Assembly: GCA_951406725.2 (NCBI GenBank) | Contig: OX597816.1 | Location: 121,458,001-121,522,000, forward strand | Direction of reading: 5' to 3' | DNA length: 64,000 nucleotides | From: Octopus vulgaris | Taxonomy: Eukaryota | Shown: in pieces, positions 43,361 to 55,548 of the stretch | Layout of the letters: each line of letters opens with the position of its first letter | Position numbering within the stretch: the first letter of the stretch is position 1 | Notes under the pieces: model-generated | Seen by the model: the letters and a program-made list of their open reading frames with translations, nothing else | Databases searched by the model: none | What the model was told of the DNA's origin: nothing | Translations under genes and position numbers: made by a program

Positions 43361-44270
43361 AGTTAGTGGATAGTGAAAATAGAATGTGACAGAAATAGAT
43401 AAGAGTATCCAGGCAAGATTTTAACTGACACTAACTTCATTCTCTTTCTCTATCACCATTTAGCAATTCTCAACTGAACAGTATTCAAAACATGTTGAAA
43501 TGACTTCTTGTAAAATCAAATTCTAATCTACCCACCCCTAACCCCTTTTATTCCATCTTGAAATTTCCATATCTATTTATTTTATTTATTTATTTATTAA
43601 CAACAAAAACAACAACAAATGCCTTCCAACTGTTCTTGTTATCAAATTTACTGGTTATAAAATCCAGATAATTTTATATTCTCTTACACCCATTTTTTCT
43701 ATATCCCTCTTTTAGAATAACACTACAAGCCAATATTTATAAAGAAATGGAAAAAAAATCAAAATCAAACTGAATTTATAAGGTTCCTTTTAATTTTTTG
43801 TTTTAAATTCACATACACACAAAAGCTCTCTTCTTCCTATCTGAAGATCTATTGGGCATATTTTGGCATCAGGTTATCATGTGACAGTTTCATTTAGTTG
43901 CAGAAAAATCTCTTTACTACAGTTACTATTAATGTTAATATTATTGTTTATGATGACAACAACAACAAATTTACAAAGATATTTGTATTTATATATATAA
44001 TTTTCTTTTTGTTTTTACATTCATATTTTGCATAAGACAGTACTACTACTTAGTGGGATTTATTTTAAAATTTAAGACATGTAAATAAAACCAGTCTATC
44101 ATGTTTGTCGAATCATAGATTTTCTTCCATATAAATAATACTATATATACATATATATATATATGTATATGTATATTATGAAACCAGAATGATGAATTAA
44201 AACACTGCAACATGGCAAACTATACAGAAATGTAAATAAAAAGTCTATAAACCAACATTAGATATTGATT
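36148..44270 (+). other. Probable long YAP 3' UTR; end uncertain (about 40.3 kb or about 44.1-44.3 kb)
   Basis: AU-rich unique sequence with no recognisable SINE until about 42050. Overlapping AATAAA cluster at 40282-40295 with upstream TGTA and downstream GT-rich tract. TGTAAATAAA at 44080-44089 and 44231-44240. Confidence 0.5.
40282..40352 (+). terminator. Candidate proximal polyadenylation signal
   Basis: aataaataaataaa followed about 45 nt later by gtgattctgttgttgtc. AATAAA is common in this composition, so support is moderate. Confidence 0.4.
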
Positions 44271-44282
44271 GTCTGTATTTTC
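44080..44282 (+). terminator. Candidate distal tandem polyadenylation signals
   Basis: atgtaaataaaaccagtctat and atgtaaataaaaagtctat, each followed by a GT/T-rich tract. Repeat density rises immediately afterwards. Confidence 0.4.
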
Positions 44283-44286
44283 TAGA

Positions 44287-44495
44287 GATGATTTGTTCTT
44301 ATGGAGTATTTTCCTTTCATTTTGGAAGTCTTGCTGACATTGTGTTTCAGCTGGTGTCCTCTCCAGCTATCTTCAGGTTTTATTTATTCCCCTGCCTATC
44401 TCAATACAACTTGAAGATATTTGGAAAGATTACTGATTGAAACACATCACCAAAACATCCAGAATGTAGGAAAATAGTTTAGAAAAACAAACATC
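44287..44495. mobile_element. Inverted-repeat element whose arms each carry a hammerhead-like motif (Penelope pLTR relic)
   Basis: The left arm 44287-44379 aligns to the reverse complement of the right arm 44407-44495. The minus strand of the left arm reads CTGAAGA-t-AGCTGG-agaggaca-CCAGCT-GAAAC-acaat-GTC. Confidence 0.6.
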
Positions 44496-45328
44496 GCCAT
44501 ATATTCTCTCTCGTTTTCTCTCCTTTCTCATTTTTTCCTGTGTCTCTTCTCTCTTTCTCTCCCTGTCACATTCTCAATTTTTCTATTATGTTTATGTATT
44601 TTACAGTTGTTTTGTTTACCTCCAGAGTTGACCTGACTGAGCAGACCTATGACGAAAAACAATTCCCTCTTTTTGTTTGTTCATGACTACATTGTTCAGT
44701 GTACCCTATCCATTATAAAATGTTAGGGTATAATTTGTATGAATTTTGTTTAGCTGCTACTTCCAGAAAGTTAAGTGACAGCATTTTGTTGTCCACTGTA
44801 TCCAAACGATAGTGAACATTGCCAAATTGTTAAGTAAGCTATCTTGCTGTAGGTATTTTTGTTTTTAATATATAAGGCTGGTTTGAGGCAGCAAGCTGGC
44901 AGAATCATTAGCATGCCAGGCAAAATGCTTAGTGGCAGTTCATCTGTCTTTACATTTTGAGTTCAAATTCCAAAGAGGTCAACTTTGCCTTTCATCCATT
45001 TGATGGTTGACAAAAATGTTCCAGTTGAACACTGGGATCAATTTAATTGATTTATCCCCTCCCTTAAAATGGCTGACCATGTGCCAAAATTTGAAACCAA
45101 TATATAATGGGTTGGCTGAAGTGTTCTGAGTTCATATCCCACCAATTCTGACATTGTCATCATCCACCTGAAGTTGGTGAAATAAAGTGAAAATTAAGGA
45201 CTGGCCTTGTTTTAATTGACTATATTTTGCCCACATCCCAATTTTGTGACCTTATTCAGTTTTAGAAATCAATATTTACCTATCAAGGATGGGGGATAAG
45301 CAGAATTGTTAAGATGCTGGACAAAATA

Positions 45329-46545
45329 CATCATCATCATCATTTAACATCTGTTGTCCATGCCAGCATGGGCTGGACAGTTTGACCAGAGCTGGCAAGC
45401 TGGAAGGCTGCACCAGACTCCAGTCTATTTTTGCATGGTTTCTATGGTTGGATGCCCTTCCTAATGCCAACCACTCTGAGAGTGTAATGGTTGCTTTTAC
45501 GTGCCACTAGCACAGGTGCCATTTGTGTGACACCAGTATCTGCTACAACTGCAGTTTTACTTGGCCTGATGGGTCTTCTTCTCAAGCACAATATAATGCC
45601 ATGCCTCTATGAGGCCCATCATTCAAAAGGAGCTCAACCACTTTGCCTCCGTGAGGTTCACTGCTCAAAAAGTGCTTTTTATGTACCACCTGCATGGATG
45701 CCGGTTATGTGACACCAGCATCAGCCATTACTGTGATTTCACTTGGCTTGATGGGTCTTCTCAAGCACAACATATTGCCAAAGGTCTTGGTCACTTGTCA
45801 TTGCCTCTGTGAGGTCCAGAGTTCAGAGATCATGCTTCACTACCTCATCCCGCATCTTCCTGGGTCTACCTCTACCACAGGTTCCCTCCACAGTTAGGGA
45901 TCAGCATTTCTTTTCAGAGCTGTCCTTGTCTGTACACATCACGTGACCATACCAGAGCATTCATCTCTCATGCACACCACATCTGATGCCTCTTATGCCT
46001 AACTTTTCTCTCAGGATGCTTACACTCTGTCGAACATGCACACTGACATTGAACATCCAGCAAAGCATACTAGCTTCATTTCTTTCAAGCCTACACATGT
46101 CCTCAGCTGTCACAGCCTATGTTTCACTGCCATGTAGCATAGCTGTTCACACACAGGTATTATACAATCTATCTTCCACTCTGAGAGAGGGGCTCTTTGT
46201 TGCCAGCAGAGGCAGGAGCTCTCTAAACTTGGTCCAGCTCGATCTTATTCTGACAGCTATGCTCTCAGAGCATCCACCTCTGCTACTAACATTATCACTT
46301 AGGTAATGGAAGCTATCTACTACCTCTAGCTTGCCCCCATGGCAGTTGGTGGATTCTATTTTCTGTACATTTTGGTTTTTGCTAGGTTATATCTAAGGCC
46401 CTTCAATTCTAGACCTTGCTTCCATGCCTGGAACTTCTTCTCTAGTTCTGGTAGTGATTCAGCTATAAGAACATGGTCATCAGCATAGAGGAGCTGCCAG
46501 GGGCTGACTGACTTAAAGTCCTCTGTTATTGTCTGGAGTATTCCT
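45329..46545 (-). mobile_element. 5'-truncated RTE-clade LINE (RT C-terminal half, 3' UTR and (GAT)n tail)
   Basis: The minus strand gives PWQLLYADDH (about 46472-46503), VVDSFHYL and WTKFRELLPLLATKSPSLRVEDRLYNTCV*TAMLHGSET*. It ends in the (cat)n tail at 45329-45343. Confidence 0.85.
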
Positions 46546-47347
46546 ACTTGTACCCTGAATTCTTTGTGAACCCTTACTTGTACCCTGATTTCTGTTGGAC
46601 AAAATACCTTGCATTACTTGTACCCTGAATTATGTTGGACAAAATACCTTGCATTAATTTTTTCTAGCTCTGTACATTCTGAGTTTGAATCCTTCAGAAG
46701 TCAGCTTTGCATTTCATTCTTCTGGGTGTGCAGAGGGTCAACAAAATAAAGTACCAGTCAATTACTGAAGTTGATGGTATCTGCTAACCAATCTCACATC
46801 TCTATGAAATTTCCAACAAAGTTAAAAGGCCACTAATTTTGTGAAAAGAGGAGGACAAAGACACACGCACACATGCGCGTGCACACACACACACACACAC
46901 ACACAAAGAGCGTCTTTTACTTTCTGTCTACTAAATGCACTTGCAAGGCTTTGGTCGACCCAAGGCTGTATACTCTAAAAAACTTGTTGAAGCAGATATC
47001 CTACAGCTGGATGCCCTTCCTGCACCAACCCTCTCCAGTTTCCAAGTAAGGTAATCCTCTCTCATGGAAATGGAGGATAGCTCTTGCATGACAGTGACAC
47101 ACAACTGTAAAGCACTGTCAAGGCAAAGACACAGTAACACTCACACACACACACACTTCTACATATGTACAAATACATACATTTACAAGCTTCTCCCAGT
47201 TTCTGTCAACCAAATCCACTCACAAGGCTTTGGCTGGCCTGGGAATATGGTAGAAGACTGCTATAAACACTAATCCAAGATGCATGCAGTGTGACTGAAA
47301 CCAAAACCATGTGGTTGGGAAGCAAACTCGTTACTGCAGTGCTATGC

Positions 47348-47399
<52 letters not shown>

Positions 47400-47561
47400 C
47401 CAGTTTCTTTCAGTTTTCCATTTACCAAATCCACCAAGAAAGCTTTGATTGGCCTGGCTTTATTGCTTCAGGTGCCATGCAGATGGACTGAACTCCAAAA
47501 CACATGACTGGTAAGCAAACTTCTTAATTCACAACCATGTCAGTATTTTGTTTATTTAAAT

Positions 47562-47873
47562 CAGGGGTTCTCAACAATTTTTTTTTTTATCTATGGACCC
47601 CTTTGATTACTATTCTATTTTGGTCGACCCCCATAGCCATTCAATGTTTAAAAACTTGTTTTATAGAAATGTCTTTCAAAATTCCTATTTTGCATTTCAC
47701 ACATTAACTTGTGTAGGTAAAATGTTAGGGAAAGAAACTTGACTATTTCTTGTAATATACACCAAAAGCAAAATTTTTTCAGGGCCCTTAAAATATTATT
47801 GCGGATCCCCAATTTAGTATTTTGTTGCATGGAGCCCAAAAAATCTTAAATGGACTCTAGTTGAGAACCGCTG
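47562..47873. mobile_element. hAT-superfamily MITE (312 bp)
   Basis: TIRs CAGGGGTTCTCAAC / GTTGAGAACCGCTG. 8-bp TSD atttaaat (47554-47561) / ttttaaat (47874-47881). Confidence 0.85.
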
Positions 47874-47932
47874 TTTTAAATCTTTCCAATAGAGTTTGTA
47901 GCAAGGAAATAACTCTAAAACTGAATATTTAA

Positions 47933-48151
47933 CCGTTTAGCATTGAAAATGGCTATATACAGCCTAAATATTTTACCTGTTTTATGTTCAAACCAACCAG
48001 ATCTGGCCTCTTACACCTACCCTACAATGTCATTCTACAAGTATACTGTCACATCATTGAAATCTCAAAGCTACAAAATAATACATGATTAATTCAAAAC
48101 AATGTGGGTAAATAAGTATTATATTTGACTGAGTATCTGAATGCTAAAAGG
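47933..48151. mobile_element. piggyBac-type MITE
   Basis: ttaa|ccgtttagcatt ... aatgctaaaagg|ttaa; same family as 1788-2007. Confidence 0.8.
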
Positions 48152-48622
48152 TTAATCACTCATAGATTTCCTATGAGTATATACAAGTAGTTGAACAACT
48201 TCATGGTTAGTGTTGTTGATGTTGGTGTTCTTACTGAGATCCTCCCTCAGTCAGCTCTGATTTAATTCATAATTAAAGATGTTCTAGTCATGTCCAACCC
48301 ATTTTGTTTTTATATATTCAGGACTATATTATATATGTCCTTCCTTTTTGTAGAGATTGGAGTATGACTAGGCTGTATCATCATCATCATCATCATTTTT
48401 ACATCCACTTTTCCATGCTAGCATGGCATGGATGGAATTCAATAAGGCAGATTTTCTGTGGCTGGATGGCCCTTCTAGTTGCAAACCTTCACCAGTTTCC
48501 AAGCAAAGTATTATTTCCCCTTCACCAGGCATATTTCCATGAAAAATCAGACAGACAGCATCACTTGTGTGACAGTGATGTACAGACACACATACATATA
48601 CATGTAACTCTTCATGTATATT

Positions 48623-48659
<37 letters not shown>

Positions 48660-48824
48660 ATATACATATATATGTATGTATGTATATACAAGAGTTTTTT
48701 CAGTTTATTGTACTTCAATACGAAAAAGATCCACAACCTTCTGTCTCAGTAAACCACTATTGTCCCTGAAAGTTGAAGCTTTTTCCTACGCCTCAATCCT
48801 TGGATCTTGTATTTATATATATAG

Positions 48825-50297
48825 TAAGAAAAGGGGAGGAAGAGAATTTTGATTATCCCCACTGGGTGAATTTTAATACAAATAATATACATATATAATG
48901 AAAGAAGGAAAATGCATACAGTTTATGTAGATTTAATATATTTTATAAGTGAAAGAGTATCGTGTTTGTTGACCAGTTTTGCTTTTGCTAATCATGACAT
49001 TATTGTAATTATTGTAATTTCATATTTTCTTAAGAAGATTTTAGTCCATGTTCTTGTAAGGAAGTTTGTGAATGAATCAACAAGTAGGAAAATCTAAGGG
49101 GAGGTAATTGGTCGTTAGTATTCAAGACGGGGAGGTAATTGATAATTTTTGTGGGGTGGGGATATATAAATATACAAAACTCAAAAGCTAAAGTAATGAG
49201 ATGAAATATGTACAGTGATGGGTTTGTGATCATGAATTAAAATATATACTGAGATCAATGTTGGTTATGCATTCATATTTAAGTGTGTTCTGTATTTTTC
49301 AATAAATAAATTTTCTTGGATATTACCTGCACTTCTCTCTATGTGTTCACTCAAATGAATCTGTCTGTACTAAGAGCCATACTTGTCTGTTCTATATAGT
49401 TATATCTACAACTTGAACAAGTTATAACATAAATTAGATTCTCGTAAGCACAAGTGAAATTGGTTTTAATTGTGAAACTCTCTCCTTGTTTAAATAGGAA
49501 TTCTGAGCCTTCCAGTCGGTTGGGGCATATTCCACAGTTTGGATGTCCACATTTTTTAACCATTGGTCTCATAGTTGCTGTGTAAAGCTTCATGTTTGTC
49601 AGAAGTCTTTTCAGTGATTTGTGTTGCTTTTTGCATCTGATGAATTTATGTTTTCAGAATGTTGTTGATTTTTGGATCCCTAGTGAGCACAGGTAGATTT
49701 TGTACAATAGTGTTGTATGCCTCATTGTTTCTAGGGTTGTGAGTTGATATATACAGTAGTATTTTGTAATGAGGTTTGGTGTTACATGTTTCCTTTAGTG
49801 TTTGAATGCCTAATTTCTTGGCATGCTTAATTCCATCATCTATAAGTGAGGGCAGATTGTCTCTCAGTTAGTGTTGTTCTGAGGTCTTGAAGATGGATGT
49901 CCTGAGTGTTTCCATCACAAACTATTTTGCAAATCCTTTGCACTAAATTAAAGGGAATATTTCTTTTAATGTGTTTTAGGTGGCATGAGCTAAACAGAAG
50001 ATATTGCTTTGAGTCCATTGGTTTATGACAAATGTCAGTTACAATTTGGTTGTTGACATTTATTATTATAATATCTAAGAAAGGGAGCTGTTCTTTGTTA
50101 TATTTCATTGCAAATTGTATGTAAGGTTTTAAATTATTCAAATTCCAAAAATTCCTTTGAGTGAACTCAAAGGAATCTGTCAGTGCTTTGGAAAACAGAT
50201 CTGTTCCCTATGTAGTGTGGTTCTCTGTCTAAGTGCCATACTCGTCTGACCTATATAGTTATGTTTACAACCTGAACAAGTTATAACATAAATCATA
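48825..50297 (-). mobile_element. Penelope-like retroelement relic (RT thumb plus GIY-YIG endonuclease, with an upstream partial duplication of the endonuclease)
   Basis: ORF 49836-50141 has IQFAMKYNKEQLPFLDI...HKPMDSKQYLLFSSCH..HIKRNIPF. ORF 49351-49593 has KCGHPNCGICP...FTC..ENLIYVITCSSCRYNYIEQT. 50180-50297 repeats IYVITCSGCKHNYIGQTSMALRQR...H. Confidence 0.9.
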
Positions 50298-50635
50298 TAT
50301 GTATGTGTGTGTGTGTGTGTTAAATATAAAATATATATACATATATAACTTGTTTCAGTTATTCGACTGTGATCATGCTGGGGCATTGCTTTTTAGAACC
50401 TTATATATATATATATGATTCATCCAGCTAAGTGAAACTGTAGTCATGGCCACTGCCAGTGTCATGTAAATGGCACCTGTGAAGTACTAGTTGTAGCTGT
50501 TACTGATGTCATGCAAATGGCACCTATTCCAGTGGTACGTGAAAAGCACCCATTACACTCTCGGAGTGGTTAGCATTAGGAAACGCGTCCAGCTATAGAA
50601 ACCATGGAAAGCAGACATTAAATAATGAGGATGAT

Positions 50636-50705
50636 GATCTATCTATCTGTTTATCTATCTATCTACCTACCTACCTACCTATCTATCTATCTATCTATCT
50701 ATCTA

Positions 50706-50753
<48 letters not shown>

Positions 50754-50770
50754 CCTACCTACCTACCTAC

Positions 50771-50840
<70 letters not shown>

Positions 50841-50870
50841 CTCTCTCTATATATATATATATATACATAT
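50636..50870. repeat. (ATCT)n/(GTCT)n/(ACCT)n tetranucleotide microsatellite; a similar (GATA/GATG/GATT)n array lies at 52606-52822
   Basis: Direct reading. Confidence 0.9.
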
Positions 50871-50991
50871 ACCGGAGTAAACACATAAATGTGAAACAAG
50901 GTGGAAAAAAGAGTACTCAAATACCAGGGGTAGAGTAATGTGAAACTCCGAGTAACAGGTTTTGTTGAATTTCTGCTGCTTTTAAATATAG

Positions 50992-51029
<38 letters not shown>

Positions 51030-51503
51030 TATGAGCTTCTTTCAGTTTCCATCTGCGAAATCCAATCACAAGGCTTTGGCGAACCTAGGAAACACTTCCC
51101 CAAAGTGCCATGCAGTGAAATTGAACTAAAGGCAATAATGTTGTGAAGTAAACTCTTTAACCACACAGCCATGCCACCACCTTATCTCACAATTTTATCT
51201 TATTTTATTTTTCTTTTGGCTTGTACCACAAAGGTATTTTTGCCTGCTGCCTTAACGTCTCTGCCACTTAGCCATTTAAAAAATGATTTAGCACTTAGAC
51301 GCTTGGCCAGAAGTTTATAAGAGAATGGCATGCCAATTGTATCAACTATGGCTCATTGTATCAAGTTTGGAGTAATGACAGGGCAAGCTGATTCTGGCAG
51401 GGCTTGCTGTCTGTTCCCCCAGAGTTGATAAACTGTATGCCATGATTCTCAAACTGACAAATCCCAGTTCTCACCCTTGCCCACCATAAATATTTGAGAA
51501 CCT

Positions 51504-51534
<31 letters not shown>

Positions 51535-51979
51535 TGCACTTTTTGATGAGAAGACAAAACAAAGTTTGTATCTGTATCTTCTGTCTTTTACCACAGTGCA
51601 AATTTAAAAAGTTCAAAACCACATTAATTTTATTAAATCTGGCAATTTATCCATCTCTTTTTTTCAACCCTCATTGAGCCATCTCCTCTGAGAAAACTCT
51701 GTGTCAAAGGGTTGGTCTCAATTCAGTCTCTTGTAGCCATTTCCATGAAAATGACCTTTTGCCAATGAGAAAAAAAAAAGAAAAGGTAAAGTAGAATTTT
51801 TTATTCTTTCATTAACATAGGAGCAAGTGTGGCTGTGTGGTAAGATGCTTGCTTCCCGACTTCAGGTTCAGTCCTACTCTGTGGCATCTTGAGCAATTGT
51901 TTTTTGCTAAGGCCTCAGACTGACCAAAGCCTTGTGAGTGGATCTGATAGATGAAAACTGAAAGAAGCTCATCATATAT

Positions 51980-52480
51980 CATCAGCATCATCATCATCAT
52001 CATCATCATCATTTAACGTCCGTTTTCCATGCTGGCATGGGTTGGACGGTTCAACTGGGATCTGGGAAGCCAAGAGGCTGCACCAGGCTCCAGTCTGATC
52101 TGGCAGTGTTTCTACAGCTGGATGCCCCCCTTCCTAACGCCAACCACTCTGTGAGTATAGTGGGTGCTTTTATGTGCCACCAGCACAGGAGCCAGAGGAG
52201 GCTGGCAGCGGCCACGGTCGGTTGGTGCTTTTTACGTGCCACCAGCATGGATGCCAATCCAGACAGCTGGCATCAGCCATGTTCGGATGGTGCTTTTTAC
52301 ATGCCACTGACACGGGTATCACGACTACAATTTCCATTTGATTTTTATTTTGATGTTGCTGTACTTGACTCAATAGATCTCCTCAAGTGCGCAGCCAGTC
52401 ACCCCACGATCCAAGGTAAGCACAGCAGGCCGTCCTGTGATCCAAGGTACTTTGAATGGGCTGGGGCTGGTTTGTGAAGC
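51980..52480 (-). mobile_element. RTE-type 3' end with (CAT)n tail, abutting a family B SINE
   Basis: (cat)n ttaacgtccgttttccatgctggcatgggttggac...ggatgcccccttcctaacgccaaccactc plus repeated ggtgctttttacgtgccac units. Confidence 0.8.
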
Positions 52481-52663
52481 TGGTGTAAATATATATATAT
52501 ATATATTAAATTCAACTTACGTTGAAAGTCAACAAAATTTACTTTAGAAGCATTGAGATGTATTGAAAGATACAGATAAGGAAATAACTTTATTCTCAAA
52601 CACAAATAGATAGATAGATAGATAGATTGACTGATTGATTGATTGATTGATTGATTGATAGAC

Positions 52664-52715
<52 letters not shown>

Positions 52716-52959
52716 GGATGGGTAGATAGGTAGATGGATGGATGGATGGACAGATAGACAGAGAGATTGATGGGTGGATGAATGGATGGATGGATGGATG
52801 GATAGATAGATAGATAGATAGACTCATAGCAAAATTCATTTAGGCTCAATCAGTAGGACACTAAAATGTTCTTTGGGCAACATCACAGTAACAGGCCAAG
52901 AGGATACCCAAAGTAAACTTTTACTCTCTCCTACCACATATGTATATATATATATATAT

Positions 52960-53165
52960 TCAAAATGTGACCGAGTGTGTACCGTTGGCGATTTTTTTTC
53001 CTCTGTCTTCCCTTCTCTGGATCTTTCCTTCTCCTATGTTTCCGACGAAGAGCTTCGCTCGAAACGTTAAACTCTCCTTCTTTCCTGAGCGTCCAATAAT
53101 ACTATATTTGTTCCACGTCCTTGCGTTGTTGTGTTTTTTTGTGCTTTCATGTTTAGATTAACTAT
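52960..53165 (+). mobile_element. Short non-coding element in (TA)n carrying a minimal hammerhead-like motif (53038-53072)
   Basis: gttt-CCGACGA-a-GAGC-ttc-GCTC-GAAAC-GTT-aaac. A related reverse copy at 58915-59085 shares gtatta..tgacgctc.ggaaa. Confidence 0.6.
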
Positions 53166-53330
53166 ATATATATGTATGTATGTATGTAAGTATGTGGCTG
53201 TGTGGTGAGAAGCTTGCATCCCAACCACATGGTTCTGGTTCAGTCACATTGCATGCCATCTTGGGCAAGTGTCTTATGCTAAAGCCTAGTGAGTGGATCT
53301 GCAAGATGAAAACTGAAAGAACCCATCGTG

Positions 53331-53384
<54 letters not shown>

Positions 53385-53768
53385 CGCACGTGCGCATCTG
53401 TGTTGTCCTCCACCATTACTTGACAACCAATGTTGGTGTATTTATGTACCTGTAATTTAGCAGTTGAGAAAAAGGGAGCAATAGAATAAGTTCTAAGCTT
53501 ACAAAGAATAGGTCCTTGGGTTGATTTGTTTGACTAAAGTGGGTGCTCCAGCATGGCTGCAGTATAATGACTGAAGCAAATAAAAGAATATATATATATA
53601 TATGAATTTGAGGTAAAACATTTTACCTTCGCCCATATAATACAATAAATGAAATAATTGCATTGCAATTCTTAGCATTTATGTATTAGCCTTCTGGACA
53701 CTTTACTGGCAGTATATTGGATAAATGATATCCCATAGTGAGTTACACTCATAACCCCTATCTCATTT

Positions 53769-53827
<59 letters not shown>

Positions 53828-54329
53828 AAGATTAATCAGCCAAAATTGCAAGGATGATCCCATTCTTGACTGAGGATAGAAAGCTTTGAATGACCAATCC
53901 TTGTGTTTTTTGTATCGTCTGTCTAAATGTTTTGTTATCCCTTTTTGTATCACCTTGTTGTCCGGATGTTTTGCGTTCTTGTCCCATTTTGTATTTTGAA
54001 CCGTCCAACCCATGCTAGCATGGAAAACGGACGCTAAACGATGATGATGATGATGATGATGATATATATATATATATATATATGTATGGGATTTATATGT
54101 CTAGCCAAAACAAAAACCCTTGTAGCTGTTAACTCTGCTCAGTACATCTATCTTTTACACAATCATCTGTCAAATATCAAAATATATTTTGGGATCTCTG
54201 CTCCATTTCTTTCCCTTCTTTTTTTTTTTTATGTGTGTGTGCATGCATGTATGACTGGGATGTGTGTGTATGTGTGTGCGTGCGCTCGTATATATATATA
54301 TATATATATATATATGGTCTTCTTGTGAC

Positions 54330-55349
54330 CTAATTATGCACCCAACGGATTACAGCAGCCACTGTTCCTCGATTTAAACAGTAACTTCCTTATTTTGAAA
54401 TGCTTCCAGAACAGAGTAGTTAGTTCCAGGCAGGGTGGGTGGGTATGGTCGCGACGTCAGCAGGTTTATAGTGTTCGGGGAGAGTAGCAGGAAGAGAAAG
54501 GATGGTCGTGGTAGTGGGAGTGTATGAATCATGATCATCTTTATCAAGAGAAGCGACTGGATCGATACGTAATGTACCGGGATTCAGTCAGTGCACTGGA
54601 ATGGGCTCTGCTAGACTGTGTGCATGTGTGTGTGTGTGGAGAAAGAGAGAGAGAGAGAAAGACAGAGACAGAGGCTGTGCTTCGATGTTTGTGTATGTGC
54701 GCCCGAGTGCGTGTGTGCTCGCTCGCTCGCTTAACGTCGGTTGACACATGCAGACGACTCACCCTGTTTATCCTCTCTCTCTCTCTCTCTCTCTCTGCTG
54801 TGTCGATGCGGCAACTTCCGCTGGATCCCTTGTCTTGTGTGTGTGTGTGTGTATGCGTATCTGTATGTGTAAGCGAATGTGTATGCATATGCGTGTGTAT
54901 ACGTGTGCTAGTGAAAGTGTGACACATTGGTCTCTCGTCCCTTTCCTTCTTACTTGTCGTCGTCATCGTCTCTCTTTCTACCCCCCCCCCTTTTTTTTTA
55001 ATTCCCTCTCGCGGCTACCACTGCTTGCCCCTTTGCAAAGAAGTGTGTGTATTCTGTGTGTTTGTTTATGACACATTGTTTTCTCCCCATCCCCCTCTCT
55101 CTCTCTTTCCATATCTGTCTCTCACACATACCCTTTCCTAGGCTCACTATCTCTATCTCTATCTCTCCCTTGCTCTGTAGCTCCCCACGTTCCGCTGCTA
55201 CGACTACCACTGCTTGCCCCAGTAGTTCGCTTAGACGTCTATGTATTTATTTGTTTATGACACATTTTTCTGTCTGTCTGCTCCCCCACTCTCTCTCTCT
55301 CTGTAGATCCCTCATTTTTTTCTCGCGTTCACCACATTTTGAAGTTTCT

Positions 55350-55396
<47 letters not shown>

Positions 55397-55492
55397 ATCT
55401 CTTTCTCTCTCACTCATTTTTTAAAATAATTTATGCCAAAACCACCTTATTTCACAATCTATCAATCTCGCTCTCCCTTTTTCTTTCTGTCT

Positions 55493-55548
<56 letters not shown>

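Noticed and set aside
45986-46306. 106-aa plus-strand ORF as a gene
   Set aside because: It is the antisense frame of the RTE reverse transcriptase relic.
46545-46660. CRISPR-like repeat-spacer pattern
   Set aside because: Only three units, with duplicated rather than unique spacers, in a eukaryotic context with no cas genes. It is a local tandem duplication.
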